Of a stretch of DNA of 64,000 nucleotides, positions 50,211 to 59,869 are shown piece by piece. Under the pieces are notes generated by a model. It was not told the DNA's origin. It ran no database searches and saw nothing but the letters and a program-made list of their open reading frames with translations. This stretch comes from a bacterium (lineage in GTDB: Bacteria > Hinthialibacterota > Hinthialibacteria > Hinthialibacterales > Hinthialibacteraceae): contig CAXXMV010000006.1 of assembly GCA_963662285.2 (NCBI GenBank), positions 1,248,001-1,312,000 on the forward strand, given 5' to 3'. Position numbers and translations under genes: made by a program. The stretch's first letter is position 1. Every line of letters begins with the position of its first letter.

Positions 50211-51247
50211 TTCAGACATGTTAAGTTGAAAATGTAGAGCAGAAGTTCACGATTTCATGAAAGGGATTTTTTTTATACTACTTTTGTAACAGGTCAGCCA
50301 TATGAAGTAGTGACACTATAGATATGTTTTATACAAGGCTTTTTTATTAAAATTCTCCCCACAAGTTTGGGGGGAGTTAGAGGGGGTTGCGTTTCAACGA
50401 ATCAACCCCCACCTAACCTCCCCAAGGCTTGGGGTAGGGATAACGCACTTCAATTGGCTGACCAGTTACCTACTTTTTAAGTGAGTTGTATATATTTATA
50501 TATATTCATAAATACTTATAAATATATACAAGTAATATAGAAATTTACGATTAACGGAAAAGTAATTAATAAATCAAAACTTATTGATATGTAAATGAAT
50601 GAAAAATATTATATAAGTAACAAAATATTTGCATGTAATAGTTTTAGTTTAGTATGCAAATAATATGTATTGTATAGCCATAAATAAAGTAAATTATTTG
50701 ATTCAAAAAAGCTCAAAGTTGTCTTGACTTAGAGAATTATTTATATTAGTGTAAATAATCCAAAATGTGAAATTCTATTATTCTTTAATGTTGGATTATT
50801 AAATTTGACATTATTGGGTGTTAAATTTAATAATTGTTTTTTCTATTATTATATTATTGTATGTATTAGAAATACAATGATTTATGTTGATTATTCCCGA
50901 ACCTCAACAGGGACATTTCATAAGTTGTTTTTCGATTTGAAGCGAAGGAATAGGAGGGGAAATGCCATCAAAAAATGGTTTTGATCCTTCACGTGATAAA
51001 ATAATATAAAAATTAATTTGCTTTCCCTACAATAATTGATTGAGGGAAGTGATAAATATTAATATAAATATTTATAGCAGCATTACATAGTAGAAATGTA
51101 ATGCGTAAATATATTTATTTATTAGTACTGGCTAATTGCGAAAGGAGGTGGGGCGTTTTTTTGTTAATCTGTTCGCAAGATGGGTGAATCCACTGCGGAT
51201 TGGAAAATATTCTAGATAATAACACAAGATTCTGAGGAGGAATTTCG

Positions 51248-51685
51248 ATGCCAAGTTATGTAATTCCTGATAAATGTGATGGATGTAAGGCATTAGATAA
51301 AACCGCATGCCAATACATCTGTCCAAACGATCTCATGGTGCTGAATAAAGACATCATGAAGGCTTATAATTGTGAGCCTGAAATGTGTTGGGAGTGTTAC
51401 AACTGCGTAAAAATATGCCCCACGCAAGCTGTGGAAGTACGAGGTTACGCAGATTTCGTTCCCTTGGGCGCAAGTGTGACGCCTTTGAGAAGCACCGATT
51501 CAATAATGTGGACGGTGAAGTTCCGAAATGGGATGTTGAAACGTTTTAAGTTCCCCATTAGGACTACTCCTGAAGGATCGGCAGTACCAGACGGCGGATG
51601 GAGCACAGGATCAGATGATCTCGCAAGCCCGTGCCTCTTTACCGAACCAGATTCCTCGGGGCTCCCTGCAGTCCCGGGACTATAG
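51248..51685 (+). CDS. aprB: Adenylylsulfate reductase beta subunit
   Basis: CDGCK..DKTACQYICP, CWECYNCVKICP, RGYADF and KRFKFPIRTTPEG motifs. Confidence 0.97.
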   Translation: MPSYVIPDKCDGCKALDKTACQYICPNDLMVLNKDIMKAYNCEPEMCWECYNCVKICPTQAVEVRGYADFVPLGASVTPLRSTDSIMWTVKFRNGMLKRFKFPIRTTPEGSAVPDGGWSTGSDDLASPCLFTEPDSSGLPAVPGL

Positions 51686-51703
51686 AGTTTAGGAGGTGAT
51701 ACT

Positions 51704-53608
51704 GTGGCAAACTTTGAAACAATAGAGGTTACAACTGATCTCCTGATACTCGGTGGAGGTATGGCTTCATGTGGAGCAGCAGTTGAAGCTGCTTACTGGG
51801 CGAAAAAGAACAACGTTAAAGTTACGTTGGTTGATAAAGCATCGATGGATCGAAGCGGCGCTGTCGCGATGGGTCTTTCAGCCATTAACCAATATGTTGG
51901 CTTAAAAGACGGACAAAATACTCTTAAGGATTATGTGGATTATGTCCGCAATGACCTTATGGGAATCACCCGTGAAGACCTTGTTGCTAATATCGCTCGT
52001 CATGTTGACTCCAGCGTGCATCTATTTGAAAAATGGGGACTTCCCATTTGGACTGATGCTGAAGGAAAATACGTCCATGAGGGACGTTGGCAGTTGATGA
52101 TCAATGGTGAGTCTTATAAAGTTATCGTTGCTGAAGCAGCTAAGAATGCTTTAGGGATGGAAAACATTTATGAGCGCGTCTTTATAGTTGGACCAATAAT
52201 GGACGGCGAAAAAATCGCTGGCGCAGTTGGTTTCAGCGTTAGAGAGAATAAATTTTACGTATTCAAAGCCAAAGCCGTTATGGCGGCTATGGGCGGCGCG
52301 GTACACGTCTTCAAACCGAGATCATCGGGCGAAGGCCTGGGTCGCGCGTGGTATCCACCCTGGAACTCAGGTTCAAGCGCATACTTCACATTGAAAGCCG
52401 GAGCGGAAATGACCTGTCAGGAAGTACGTTTCATTCCGGTTCGTTTCAAGGACGCTTATGGTCCTGTCGGCGCTTGGTTCCTTCTATTCAAATCCAGAGC
52501 AACCAATGCATTAGGCGAAGAGTATATGATCACTCGACGCCCGGAACTGCAAAATTGGGTGCCCTATGGCAATGTTAAACCTGTTCCGGCTAACTTACGC
52601 AACTGGCTCGGTATGCTAGATATAATGGAAGGCAAAGGCCCCATTTATATGAGAACCGAGGAAGCTATTCAGAAACTTTCTGAACAAGAGCCGGATGAAA
52701 AGTTACGCAAGAAAAAACTGAAAGAACTCGAATCAGAAGCATGGGAAGATTTCCTTGACATGACAATTTCCCAGGCGATTATGTGGGCTGGAACCAACGT
52801 TGCTCCAGAAGAGAAACCTTCTGAAATCGCAGCGGCTGAACCTTACTTCATTGGTTCTCACTCCGGCGCATCCGGCGCTTGGGTTAGTGGTCCTGAAGAT
52901 TTAGCTCCAGATGAATATAACTGGGGTTACGCCAATATGACGACTGTACCGGGTCTCTTCTGCGCAGGCGACGCTTCTGGCGCATCAAGTCATAAATTCT
53001 CTTCTGGTTCACATGCAGAAGGACGCATTGCTGGTAAAGCTGCGGTAAAATTCTGCGTCGATAATCCTGATCAACCTAATGTTGATGCAGCAACTATCGA
53101 AAAACTAAAAGCAGAGATACTCAAACCATTGGATATATTTGAACAGCATAAAAATGCTTCAAGTGATCCAGAAATTAACCCCAACTATATTAAACCTAAA
53201 GCCTTCATGTTCCGTCTGCAGAAGATCATGGACGAATATGCCGGTGGTGTTTCGGCTCAATTTAAGACCAGCCAAGCTTTATTGGATAAAGGTCTTGAAT
53301 TATTGGATTTCCTCAGAGAAGATGCTGAACTATTGGCAGCTGAGGATCTGCATGAGTTGATGCGTTGTTGGGAAAATGTTCATCGCATGTGGCAGGCTGA
53401 AGCGCATGTTAGAACGGTTATGTTCCGTGAAGAAACACGGTGGCCGGGATACTATTTCCGATCTGATACTCCAACAATGGATGAAGAAAATTGGAAATGT
53501 TTCGCTAACTGCGTACGCAATCCTAATACTGGCGAATGGACTATGTTGAAGAGAAATATCATACCTATTTTTGGTGAAGCAAGCGATCACGAAACAATTG
53601 GTGGATAA
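51704..53608 (+). CDS. aprA: Adenylylsulfate reductase alpha subunit
   Basis: GTG start with SD AGGAGGTG; RSGAVAMGLSAIN, WQLMINGESYK, RFKDAYGPVGAWFL, HKFSSGSHAEG and REETRWPG motifs. Confidence 0.97.
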   Translation: MANFETIEVTTDLLILGGGMASCGAAVEAAYWAKKNNVKVTLVDKASMDRSGAVAMGLSAINQYVGLKDGQNTLKDYVDYVRNDLMGITREDLVANIARHVDSSVHLFEKWGLPIWTDAEGKYVHEGRWQLMINGESYKVIVAEAAKNALGMENIYERVFIVGPIMDGEKIAGAVGFSVRENKFYVFKAKAVMAAMGGAVHVFKPRSSGEGLGRAWYPPWNSGSSAYFTLKAGAEMTCQEVRFIPVRFKDAYGPVGAWFLLFKSRATNALGEEYMITRRPELQNWVPYGNVKPVPANLRNWLGMLDIMEGKGPIYMRTEEAIQKLSEQEPDEKLRKKKLKELESEAWEDFLDMTISQAIMWAGTNVAPEEKPSEIAAAEPYFIGSHSGASGAWVSGPEDLAPDEYNWGYANMTTVPGLFCAGDASGASSHKFSSGSHAEGRIAGKAAVKFCVDNPDQPNVDAATIEKLKAEILKPLDIFEQHKNASSDPEINPNYIKPKAFMFRLQKIMDEYAGGVSAQFKTSQALLDKGLELLDFLREDAELLAAEDLHELMRCWENVHRMWQAEAHVRTVMFREETRWPGYYFRSDTPTMDEENWKCFANCVRNPNTGEWTMLKRNIIPIFGEASDHETIGG

Positions 53609-53647
53609 TTCCCTTATTCCGTAGATATTAAGTTGATTCGTTATATA

Positions 53648-53682
53648 CCCCTCCAGATATTTGTTATGAATGTCTGGAGGGG
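53648..53682 (+). terminator. Stem-loop after aprA (terminator or mRNA-stabilising hairpin)
   Basis: CCCCTCCAGATATT-N7-AATGTCTGGAGGGG, without a long T tail. Confidence 0.55.
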
Positions 53683-53714
53683 AACTTTAGCGTATTAAGG
53701 TTTTGTGGAGACTA

Positions 53715-53972
53715 ATGGAATCATATACCTGTCCGCATTGCGGCGAAACTTTGAAGCAATGGAAAACACCCGCTGATTCGAGTTGGGGAGAAGGTTTTCA
53801 GTATGTTTGTTTTAATGATGAATGTTCCTATTTCTTGAAGGGATGGGAGCACATGAAAAGTAATTACAATGCTAACAGTTCTTACCGGCATAGATTCGAT
53901 CCGGTTAGTGGAGAAACAGGTCCTCTGCCGGTGTGGTCTAAAGATGCCTTGAAAGACAATGTTTGCGAATAA
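53715..53972 (+). CDS. Small zinc-ribbon-like protein
   Basis: CPHC...CFNDEC; SD GGAG before ATG 53715. Confidence 0.7.
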   Translation: MESYTCPHCGETLKQWKTPADSSWGEGFQYVCFNDECSYFLKGWEHMKSNYNANSSYRHRFDPVSGETGPLPVWSKDALKDNVCE

Positions 53973-54134
53973 TTTTTGTGTGATTAGATAAGATTAAAGG
54001 AGGATTTGAATAGCAACTTTTTTATTCATTCAGATTTTTCAACGATGATTTGAGCGGTTTGCGTAATATGGTTCTTTATTCTAAACAAACATGTATTTGA
54101 GGACCGCTTAGAAAGAAAGATAAGACCGATTACT

Positions 54135-54956
54135 ATGAAAGAAATTAATAAACTGAGAGAAGCGATCCTCAAGGATTTCAAACGTTTTTCAAAAAGTGAT
54201 GAATTCAAATTCAGTTGTCATTGTGACTTGAAATGCTTTAACAAATGTTGTTCTGATGTGAATATATTCCTTACGCCTTATGATATTCTCCGTATGAAGA
54301 ATGAATTAGGAATATCCTCCCAAGAGTTTCTTGATAAATATACTATAATCCCTATTGACCGAAACCAGAAATATCCTGTTGTGCTTCTTCAGATGATGGA
54401 CACCGATGCTAAACAGTGTCCTTTTGTCGATGCTGAAAAGGGGTGCACCATTTATAATAACCGTCCCTGGGCCTGCCGTATGTATCCTGTGGGATTGGCT
54501 TCACCAGATGATAAAGAGACGGCTCTTGATGAAGAGTTTTATTTTCTGCTCGAAGATCCCATTTGCGAAGGATTGAAAGAGAGCAAGGCTTGGACTTTTC
54601 AGAGTTGGATGGAAAATCAAGGCGTAGAAGAATACAGCGAGTTGGGTGAAGCGTTTAAGGAAGTCGTTCTACATCCGATGATGCTGGATGACAAACCGAT
54701 GGATCCTAAAAAATTGGATATGTTCTTCATGGTTTGCTATAACCTTGATTCGTTTAAACGCTTTGTTTTTGAAAGCCGCTTTTTACAGATGTTTGATGTT
54801 GAACCGGATGTATTGGATAAAATTAGAGATAGTGATATTGAATTAATGAAGTTCGGCTTCAAATGGTTGAAATTCAGCTTGTTTGGCGAAAAAACCATGG
54901 TTATCAAAGCTGAGGTTCTTGAAGAGAAGAAGAAAATGATGGAGAAGAATGATTAA
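54135..54956 (+). CDS. YkgJ-family cysteine-cluster protein
   Basis: CHCDLKCFNKCC, LTPYD, CPF....GCTIY.NRP.ACRMYP. Confidence 0.85.
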   Translation: MKEINKLREAILKDFKRFSKSDEFKFSCHCDLKCFNKCCSDVNIFLTPYDILRMKNELGISSQEFLDKYTIIPIDRNQKYPVVLLQMMDTDAKQCPFVDAEKGCTIYNNRPWACRMYPVGLASPDDKETALDEEFYFLLEDPICEGLKESKAWTFQSWMENQGVEEYSELGEAFKEVVLHPMMLDDKPMDPKKLDMFFMVCYNLDSFKRFVFESRFLQMFDVEPDVLDKIRDSDIELMKFGFKWLKFSLFGEKTMVIKAEVLEEKKKMMEKND

Positions 54957-54988
54957 AGAAAACTATTCTGCATGGATGGGGTAGCAAC

Positions 54989-56248
54989 ATGACATCAAAA
55001 AATAAGAAAGTACTCGTGATCGGAGGCGGGATTAGCGGAATAACCGCAGCCCTGGAAATAGCCGAAGTGGGGTATGAAGTTGCGCTGGTTGAAAAAGCGG
55101 CTTACCTCGGCGGACGTGTAGTGCAGATGAACAAATATTTTCCTAAAATGTGTCCTCCGACATGCGGCATGGAAATCAACAATAAGCGTATTCGCAATAA
55201 TCCCCGGATTACGGTTTATACCTTGTCGGAAGTAACTGGCATATCGGGCGCCGAGGGAGATTTTAATGTAAGCATTAAAAAGAATCCCCGGTATGTCAAA
55301 GAGAACGCATATATTTCTGATGAGACGATCGGAAAATTATCATGTGAATGCGACAACAATTTCAACCTGGGTATGAATAAATCCGCGGCGCTCTATTACC
55401 CGCACCCGATGGCTTATCCACCGCAATATGTAATAAACAAAGATGGATTGACGGCTGCGGATCAGGAAATTTTAAGCAGTGAATGCCCTGAAGGCGCCAT
55501 AGATTTGAATGAAGCGCCTGAGGAGATATCGCTTAAAGTCGGGGCTATTGTTGTGGCTACGGGGTGGACGCCTTATGACGCCGCCAAGATTGAGAATCTT
55601 GGTTTCGGGAAATGCCGTAACGTAATTACCAATGTAATGATGGAACGGCTGGCGTCTAAAACCGGACCGACCGAAGGTCAGTTGTTAAGACCTTCTGATG
55701 GGGTTCAGGCCAAACGATTCGCCTTCGCCCAATGCGCCGGTTCAAGAGATGAAAATCATCTGCCTTATTGTTCAGCAGTTTGCTGCATGGGTTCTTTGAA
55801 GCAGATTCGTTATGTGCTTGATAGCGACCCTGAAGCTACGGCGACCATTTTCTATATTGATATAAGAACCATCAGCCGTTGCGAGAAATTCTACTATGAC
55901 CTTTTAGATAACGAACGTGTAACGTTTATCAAAGGCAAGGCGGCTTTGATCACGGAAGACGCGGAATCCATGAATCCTGTTCTTGAAGTGGAAGATTCGG
56001 TCAGCGGCCAGAAGATGAAAGAGTCGTTTGATATGGTAGTTCTCGCTACCGGGATGGTTCCCAATACGTCAGCGGAAAAAATTCCCTTAGCTGGGATCAG
56101 TTATGACGATTATGGTTTTATCAAATCGGATAATGGCGTTAAGGGTATATATTCTGCGGGATGCGTTGAGCGTCCCATTGATGTGGCAATGTCGGTAAGA
56201 AAAGCGACCGGCGCAGCGCTAAAGGCTATTCAGAGTCTACAGGTCTAA
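54989..56248 (+). CDS. qmoA: Quinone-interacting membrane-bound oxidoreductase subunit A (HdrA-like)
   Basis: GGGISG FAD site; YFPKMCPPTCG; QCAGSRDENHLPYCSAVCC; position after aprBA. Confidence 0.93.
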   Translation: MTSKNKKVLVIGGGISGITAALEIAEVGYEVALVEKAAYLGGRVVQMNKYFPKMCPPTCGMEINNKRIRNNPRITVYTLSEVTGISGAEGDFNVSIKKNPRYVKENAYISDETIGKLSCECDNNFNLGMNKSAALYYPHPMAYPPQYVINKDGLTAADQEILSSECPEGAIDLNEAPEEISLKVGAIVVATGWTPYDAAKIENLGFGKCRNVITNVMMERLASKTGPTEGQLLRPSDGVQAKRFAFAQCAGSRDENHLPYCSAVCCMGSLKQIRYVLDSDPEATATIFYIDIRTISRCEKFYYDLLDNERVTFIKGKAALITEDAESMNPVLEVEDSVSGQKMKESFDMVVLATGMVPNTSAEKIPLAGISYDDYGFIKSDNGVKGIYSAGCVERPIDVAMSVRKATGAALKAIQSLQV

Positions 56249-56261
56249 CAAGGAGGCTGGC

Positions 56262-58517
56262 ATGGATGACAAGGTCGGGGTCTATATCTGCACTAGTTGG
56301 GGCATCAAAGAAGCCCTTGATATTGATGCCTTGTCCAAGGTTGCTGACGAATACAAGGTTGCAACCTGCAAAACCATTAATGGTTTTGGTGAGGAAGATT
56401 TTGATATCATACGCAATGACGTGCAATCTGAAGGAATAAACAAAGTCGTGCTGGCTGGACCTTCCCCTCGATTGGATATTGACATTGATGTTTTCGGCAA
56501 AGACGTGATAGTCGAACGGGTTAATATTCGTGAAGGCGTTGTGATGTGTCAACCTCCCAACGATGAAGATACCCAGATGATGGCCGAAGATTATCTTCGC
56601 ATGGGGATCGTTAAATCGCAAAAGACGAAGCCGCTCGATTTGTTTGAAGAACATACCCGGATCGATAAGACGGTTATGATTGTCGGTGGAGGAATCACCG
56701 GACTGACAGCAGCTATTGAATCCGCTAAAACCGGCTATGCAACCATACTGGTGGAGAAAGAAGCGGAACTGGGCGGATGGATGAAGAAATGGTATAAATC
56801 CTATCCCTCACAAGCTCCTTTCAGCAATCTGGAATCAAACGGGATCGCTGAACTGGTCGAGCAAGTAGAGAAAAACGAAAAAATAACGGTTTATACTGCA
56901 ACCGAGATTGATAGCATCTCCGGCGCTCCCGGTATGTTTGATGTGAAATTTAAATCCAGCAATGGCAGTGAGCCGAAGCGGGTTGGTTCAATCATACAAG
57001 CGACCGGATGGACGCCATTCGAGCCGGATGGACTCGATCATTTAGGTTATAAAAAAATAACCAACGTCATTACAAACGTCCAGATGGAAGAACTGGCATG
57101 TAAGGGCGGCATTGTTCGTCCTTCAGATGGTAAGCCGGTAGAAAACGTTGTATTCATACAATGCGAAGGATCGAAGGATAAAGAATATTTCTCATATAGT
57201 TCTTCAGTTAACAGTCTGGTTTCTTTGAAGCAGGCGCTATATGTCCGTGAGCAATCAGCTGACGCCAAGGCTTATATTTTTTATGATCACCTATTAACGC
57301 CGGGACACTATGAAGATTTTTATAAACGAGTGCAGGAAGATAGAGGCGTTTTTCTTACTAAAGGTAATGTTAAATCGGTTAGTGAAGAAGCCAATGGCGC
57401 GTTGTCGGTTATTGTAGAAGATACCATGTTAGGGGATTGCATCTCCATCGAAGCCGATCTGGTGGTGTTGGGCTTGGGAATGAAGCCGGTTTCCGCTGAT
57501 GGTGAAGCGATTCGCGCATGGGTGGATGCCAAGGCAGCCGTCAAGAAAGCTGAAGCGGAAGGCAATAAACCGCAGGAAGCTCAGGTGGCTCTGGCTGAGT
57601 CGCCTGCACCGGATTCGCCGATCTTAAATCTGGACTACAGACAGGGTCCCGATCTTCCCGTATTAGAAAATGGATACCCTGATTCGCATTTTATCTGCTT
57701 CCCCTATGAGACTCGCCGTACTGGTATCTATACGGCGGGATGCGTGCGCAGTCCAATGGATTCCAGTTCATGCGTAGTTGATGCGACTGGCGCAGCGTTG
57801 AAAGCGATTCAATGCGTTGAGATGACTTCGCGCGGCGAGGCGGTTCACCCACGGTCGGGAGATATCTCTTATCCGGAATTCTTCTTGCAGCGATGCACCC
57901 AATGCAAGCGGTGCACCGAAGAATGTCCCTTCGGCGTTTTGAATGAAGACGTTAAAGGAACTCCTCAACCAAATCCAACCCGGTGCCGCCGGTGTGGAGT
58001 ATGTATGGGAGCCTGCCCGGAGCGAATAATCAGTTTCAAAGATTATTCGGTTGATATGATTGCAACCATGATCAAGGCGGTCGAGATACCCGATGAGTTT
58101 GATGAAAAACCAAGGGTTCTGGTATTGGCTTGTGAGAATGATGCTTATCCGGCCATAGATTTAGCTGCGAAAAAGGGATTGAAATATAGTCCATTCGTTA
58201 GAGTGATTCCTCTGAGATGCCTGGGATCAACCAATATCGTATGGGTGGCGGATGCATTATCCTGTGGTTATGACGGAATCATTCTGATGGGTTGCAAGTA
58301 TGGCGAAGATTATCAATGCCATTATATCCGGGGCAGTGAACTGGCGGAGAAACGAGGCGATAATGTTCGGGAGAAACTAACCCAACTCGCTTTGGAAAAT
58401 GAACGCGTCGAACTGCATCAGGTGGAAATATCTGATTACGAAAAAATCCCGGAAATTATTAATAACTTTATGGAAGTAATTGAAGAAGTCGGATACAACC
58501 CGTTTAAGGGAATGTAG
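56262..58517 (+). CDS. qmoB: Qmo subunit B (HdrA-like plus MvhD domain)
   Basis: GGGITG; SHFICFPYETRRTG; CTQCKRCTEECP and CRRCGVCMGACP; CENDAYP..RCLGS..GCK....YQCH. Confidence 0.95.
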   Translation: MDDKVGVYICTSWGIKEALDIDALSKVADEYKVATCKTINGFGEEDFDIIRNDVQSEGINKVVLAGPSPRLDIDIDVFGKDVIVERVNIREGVVMCQPPNDEDTQMMAEDYLRMGIVKSQKTKPLDLFEEHTRIDKTVMIVGGGITGLTAAIESAKTGYATILVEKEAELGGWMKKWYKSYPSQAPFSNLESNGIAELVEQVEKNEKITVYTATEIDSISGAPGMFDVKFKSSNGSEPKRVGSIIQATGWTPFEPDGLDHLGYKKITNVITNVQMEELACKGGIVRPSDGKPVENVVFIQCEGSKDKEYFSYSSSVNSLVSLKQALYVREQSADAKAYIFYDHLLTPGHYEDFYKRVQEDRGVFLTKGNVKSVSEEANGALSVIVEDTMLGDCISIEADLVVLGLGMKPVSADGEAIRAWVDAKAAVKKAEAEGNKPQEAQVALAESPAPDSPILNLDYRQGPDLPVLENGYPDSHFICFPYETRRTGIYTAGCVRSPMDSSSCVVDATGAALKAIQCVEMTSRGEAVHPRSGDISYPEFFLQRCTQCKRCTEECPFGVLNEDVKGTPQPNPTRCRRCGVCMGACPERIISFKDYSVDMIATMIKAVEIPDEFDEKPRVLVLACENDAYPAIDLAAKKGLKYSPFVRVIPLRCLGSTNIVWVADALSCGYDGIILMGCKYGEDYQCHYIRGSELAEKRGDNVREKLTQLALENERVELHQVEISDYEKIPEIINNFMEVIEEVGYNPFKGM

Positions 58518-58599
58518 TGCAGTATTCATAGATTCGGTAAGTTTGTATATTCCAGGATCAGCTTGAGCTCTAAAGCATCAAGATGTGGGAGATAGCAGG

Positions 58600-59799
58600 A
58601 TGACGACAGAAGTAGAGGGTCAAGTTCAAGAAACTCAGGAAATCTCATCGCAGGGAAACGGAGAACAAAAAAATCCGGTTCGGATGTCGCCCGATTTGAC
58701 TTTCATCAATGAGGTTGCTTCTCTGGGCGGTGAAGATTATAAAAAATGTTACCAATGCGCCACATGTTCAGCCACATGTCCGATATCGCCGGATGATAAA
58801 CCTTTTCCTCGTAAGGAGATGATACTGGCTGGTTGGGGCGCCAGGGATCAATTGGTGAATGATCCGGATATCTGGCTGTGTCATCAGTGCAACGATTGCT
58901 CAGCTATCTGTCCGCGTGATGTGAATCCAGGCGATGTACTGGCTGCATTACGGAAATACAGTTACCAACATAACGCTGTACCCGGATTTATGGGGAAACT
59001 GGTTAATAAGCCATTGTTTCTTCCGGTGATTATTGGATTGCCGGTTTTGATAATGGCTGTAGTGGTTGGCGCTTTTGGTAATTTCCAACCGGAAGGGGAG
59101 ATTATATTTAGAAACTTTCTCCCTCATCCTTTCCCACTGGATTTTCTATTCAGTTTCTTTGCCATATTCGCAATGGTCATATCAGCCATAAGCGGATTGA
59201 AATTCTGGAACGGGCTGAAGACTGGCCCCCGGCCTCCGGTTGCTGGCGCTAAAGGTTTTGTGTTCGGGATTATTGAGGCGGTAAAAGAGATTATTTCTCA
59301 TAAACAATTCAATGAATGCGACAAAGCCAATCCCCGTTATTATTCACATTTACTAACGTTTTATGGTTTTATTGCACTGTATATTACGACCTCGCTGGTG
59401 TTTTTCGGATTATATATTCTTCATATTGAAACGCCGCTGGCATTGACTAATCCAGTTAAAATTCTGGGCAACCTGGGCGCTTTGGCCTTTCTGGTCGGTA
59501 CCGGTTTGATGTTGCTGGATCGGCTTACCAGTAGAGAAAAAGCGGGTAAAAGCACCTATAACGATTGGTTGTTCATTGGTTTGATGTTCGGATTGGCGCT
59601 GAGCGGAATTTTGACCGAAATATTCCGTTTATTGAATATACCGGTATTGGCATATTCTGTTTATTTCATCCATCTGGTATTGATCCTTTCGATGATGGGA
59701 TATTTCCCTTATTCGAAGTTTGCTCATTTACTTTACCGGACGCTAGCGATTGCTTATTATTATGGGTACGCAGTTGCGGAAGAAAGAATAGAAAATTAA
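58600..59799 (+). CDS. qmoC: Qmo subunit C (Fe-S plus heme b membrane anchor)
   Basis: CYQCATCSATCP, CHQCNDCSAICPR, TM helices with His, PYSKFAH. Likely ATG at 58600. Confidence 0.95.
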   Translation: MTTEVEGQVQETQEISSQGNGEQKNPVRMSPDLTFINEVASLGGEDYKKCYQCATCSATCPISPDDKPFPRKEMILAGWGARDQLVNDPDIWLCHQCNDCSAICPRDVNPGDVLAALRKYSYQHNAVPGFMGKLVNKPLFLPVIIGLPVLIMAVVVGAFGNFQPEGEIIFRNFLPHPFPLDFLFSFFAIFAMVISAISGLKFWNGLKTGPRPPVAGAKGFVFGIIEAVKEIISHKQFNECDKANPRYYSHLLTFYGFIALYITTSLVFFGLYILHIETPLALTNPVKILGNLGALAFLVGTGLMLLDRLTSREKAGKSTYNDWLFIGLMFGLALSGILTEIFRLLNIPVLAYSVYFIHLVLILSMMGYFPYSKFAHLLYRTLAIAYYYGYAVAEERIEN

Positions 59800-59869
59800 G
59801 GACTGGATGATTTTAGTAGATTGTTGATTAATAATTACTCCCTGAATAAGGTAGATCTTGGAGAATTCA

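Noticed and set aside
48540-51247. Rex operator upstream of sat or aprB
   Set aside because: Only half-site-like matches (for example TGTGAAAT at about 50766); no convincing TTGTGAA-N4-TTCACAA palindrome.
56262-57300. Loss of Cys ligands in the QmoB N-terminus and central motif (CTSWG, AGPSPR, YSSSVNS)
   Set aside because: As I recall, similar losses occur in Desulfovibrio-type QmoB, so this is probably known variation. No in-frame TGA suggests selenocysteine.
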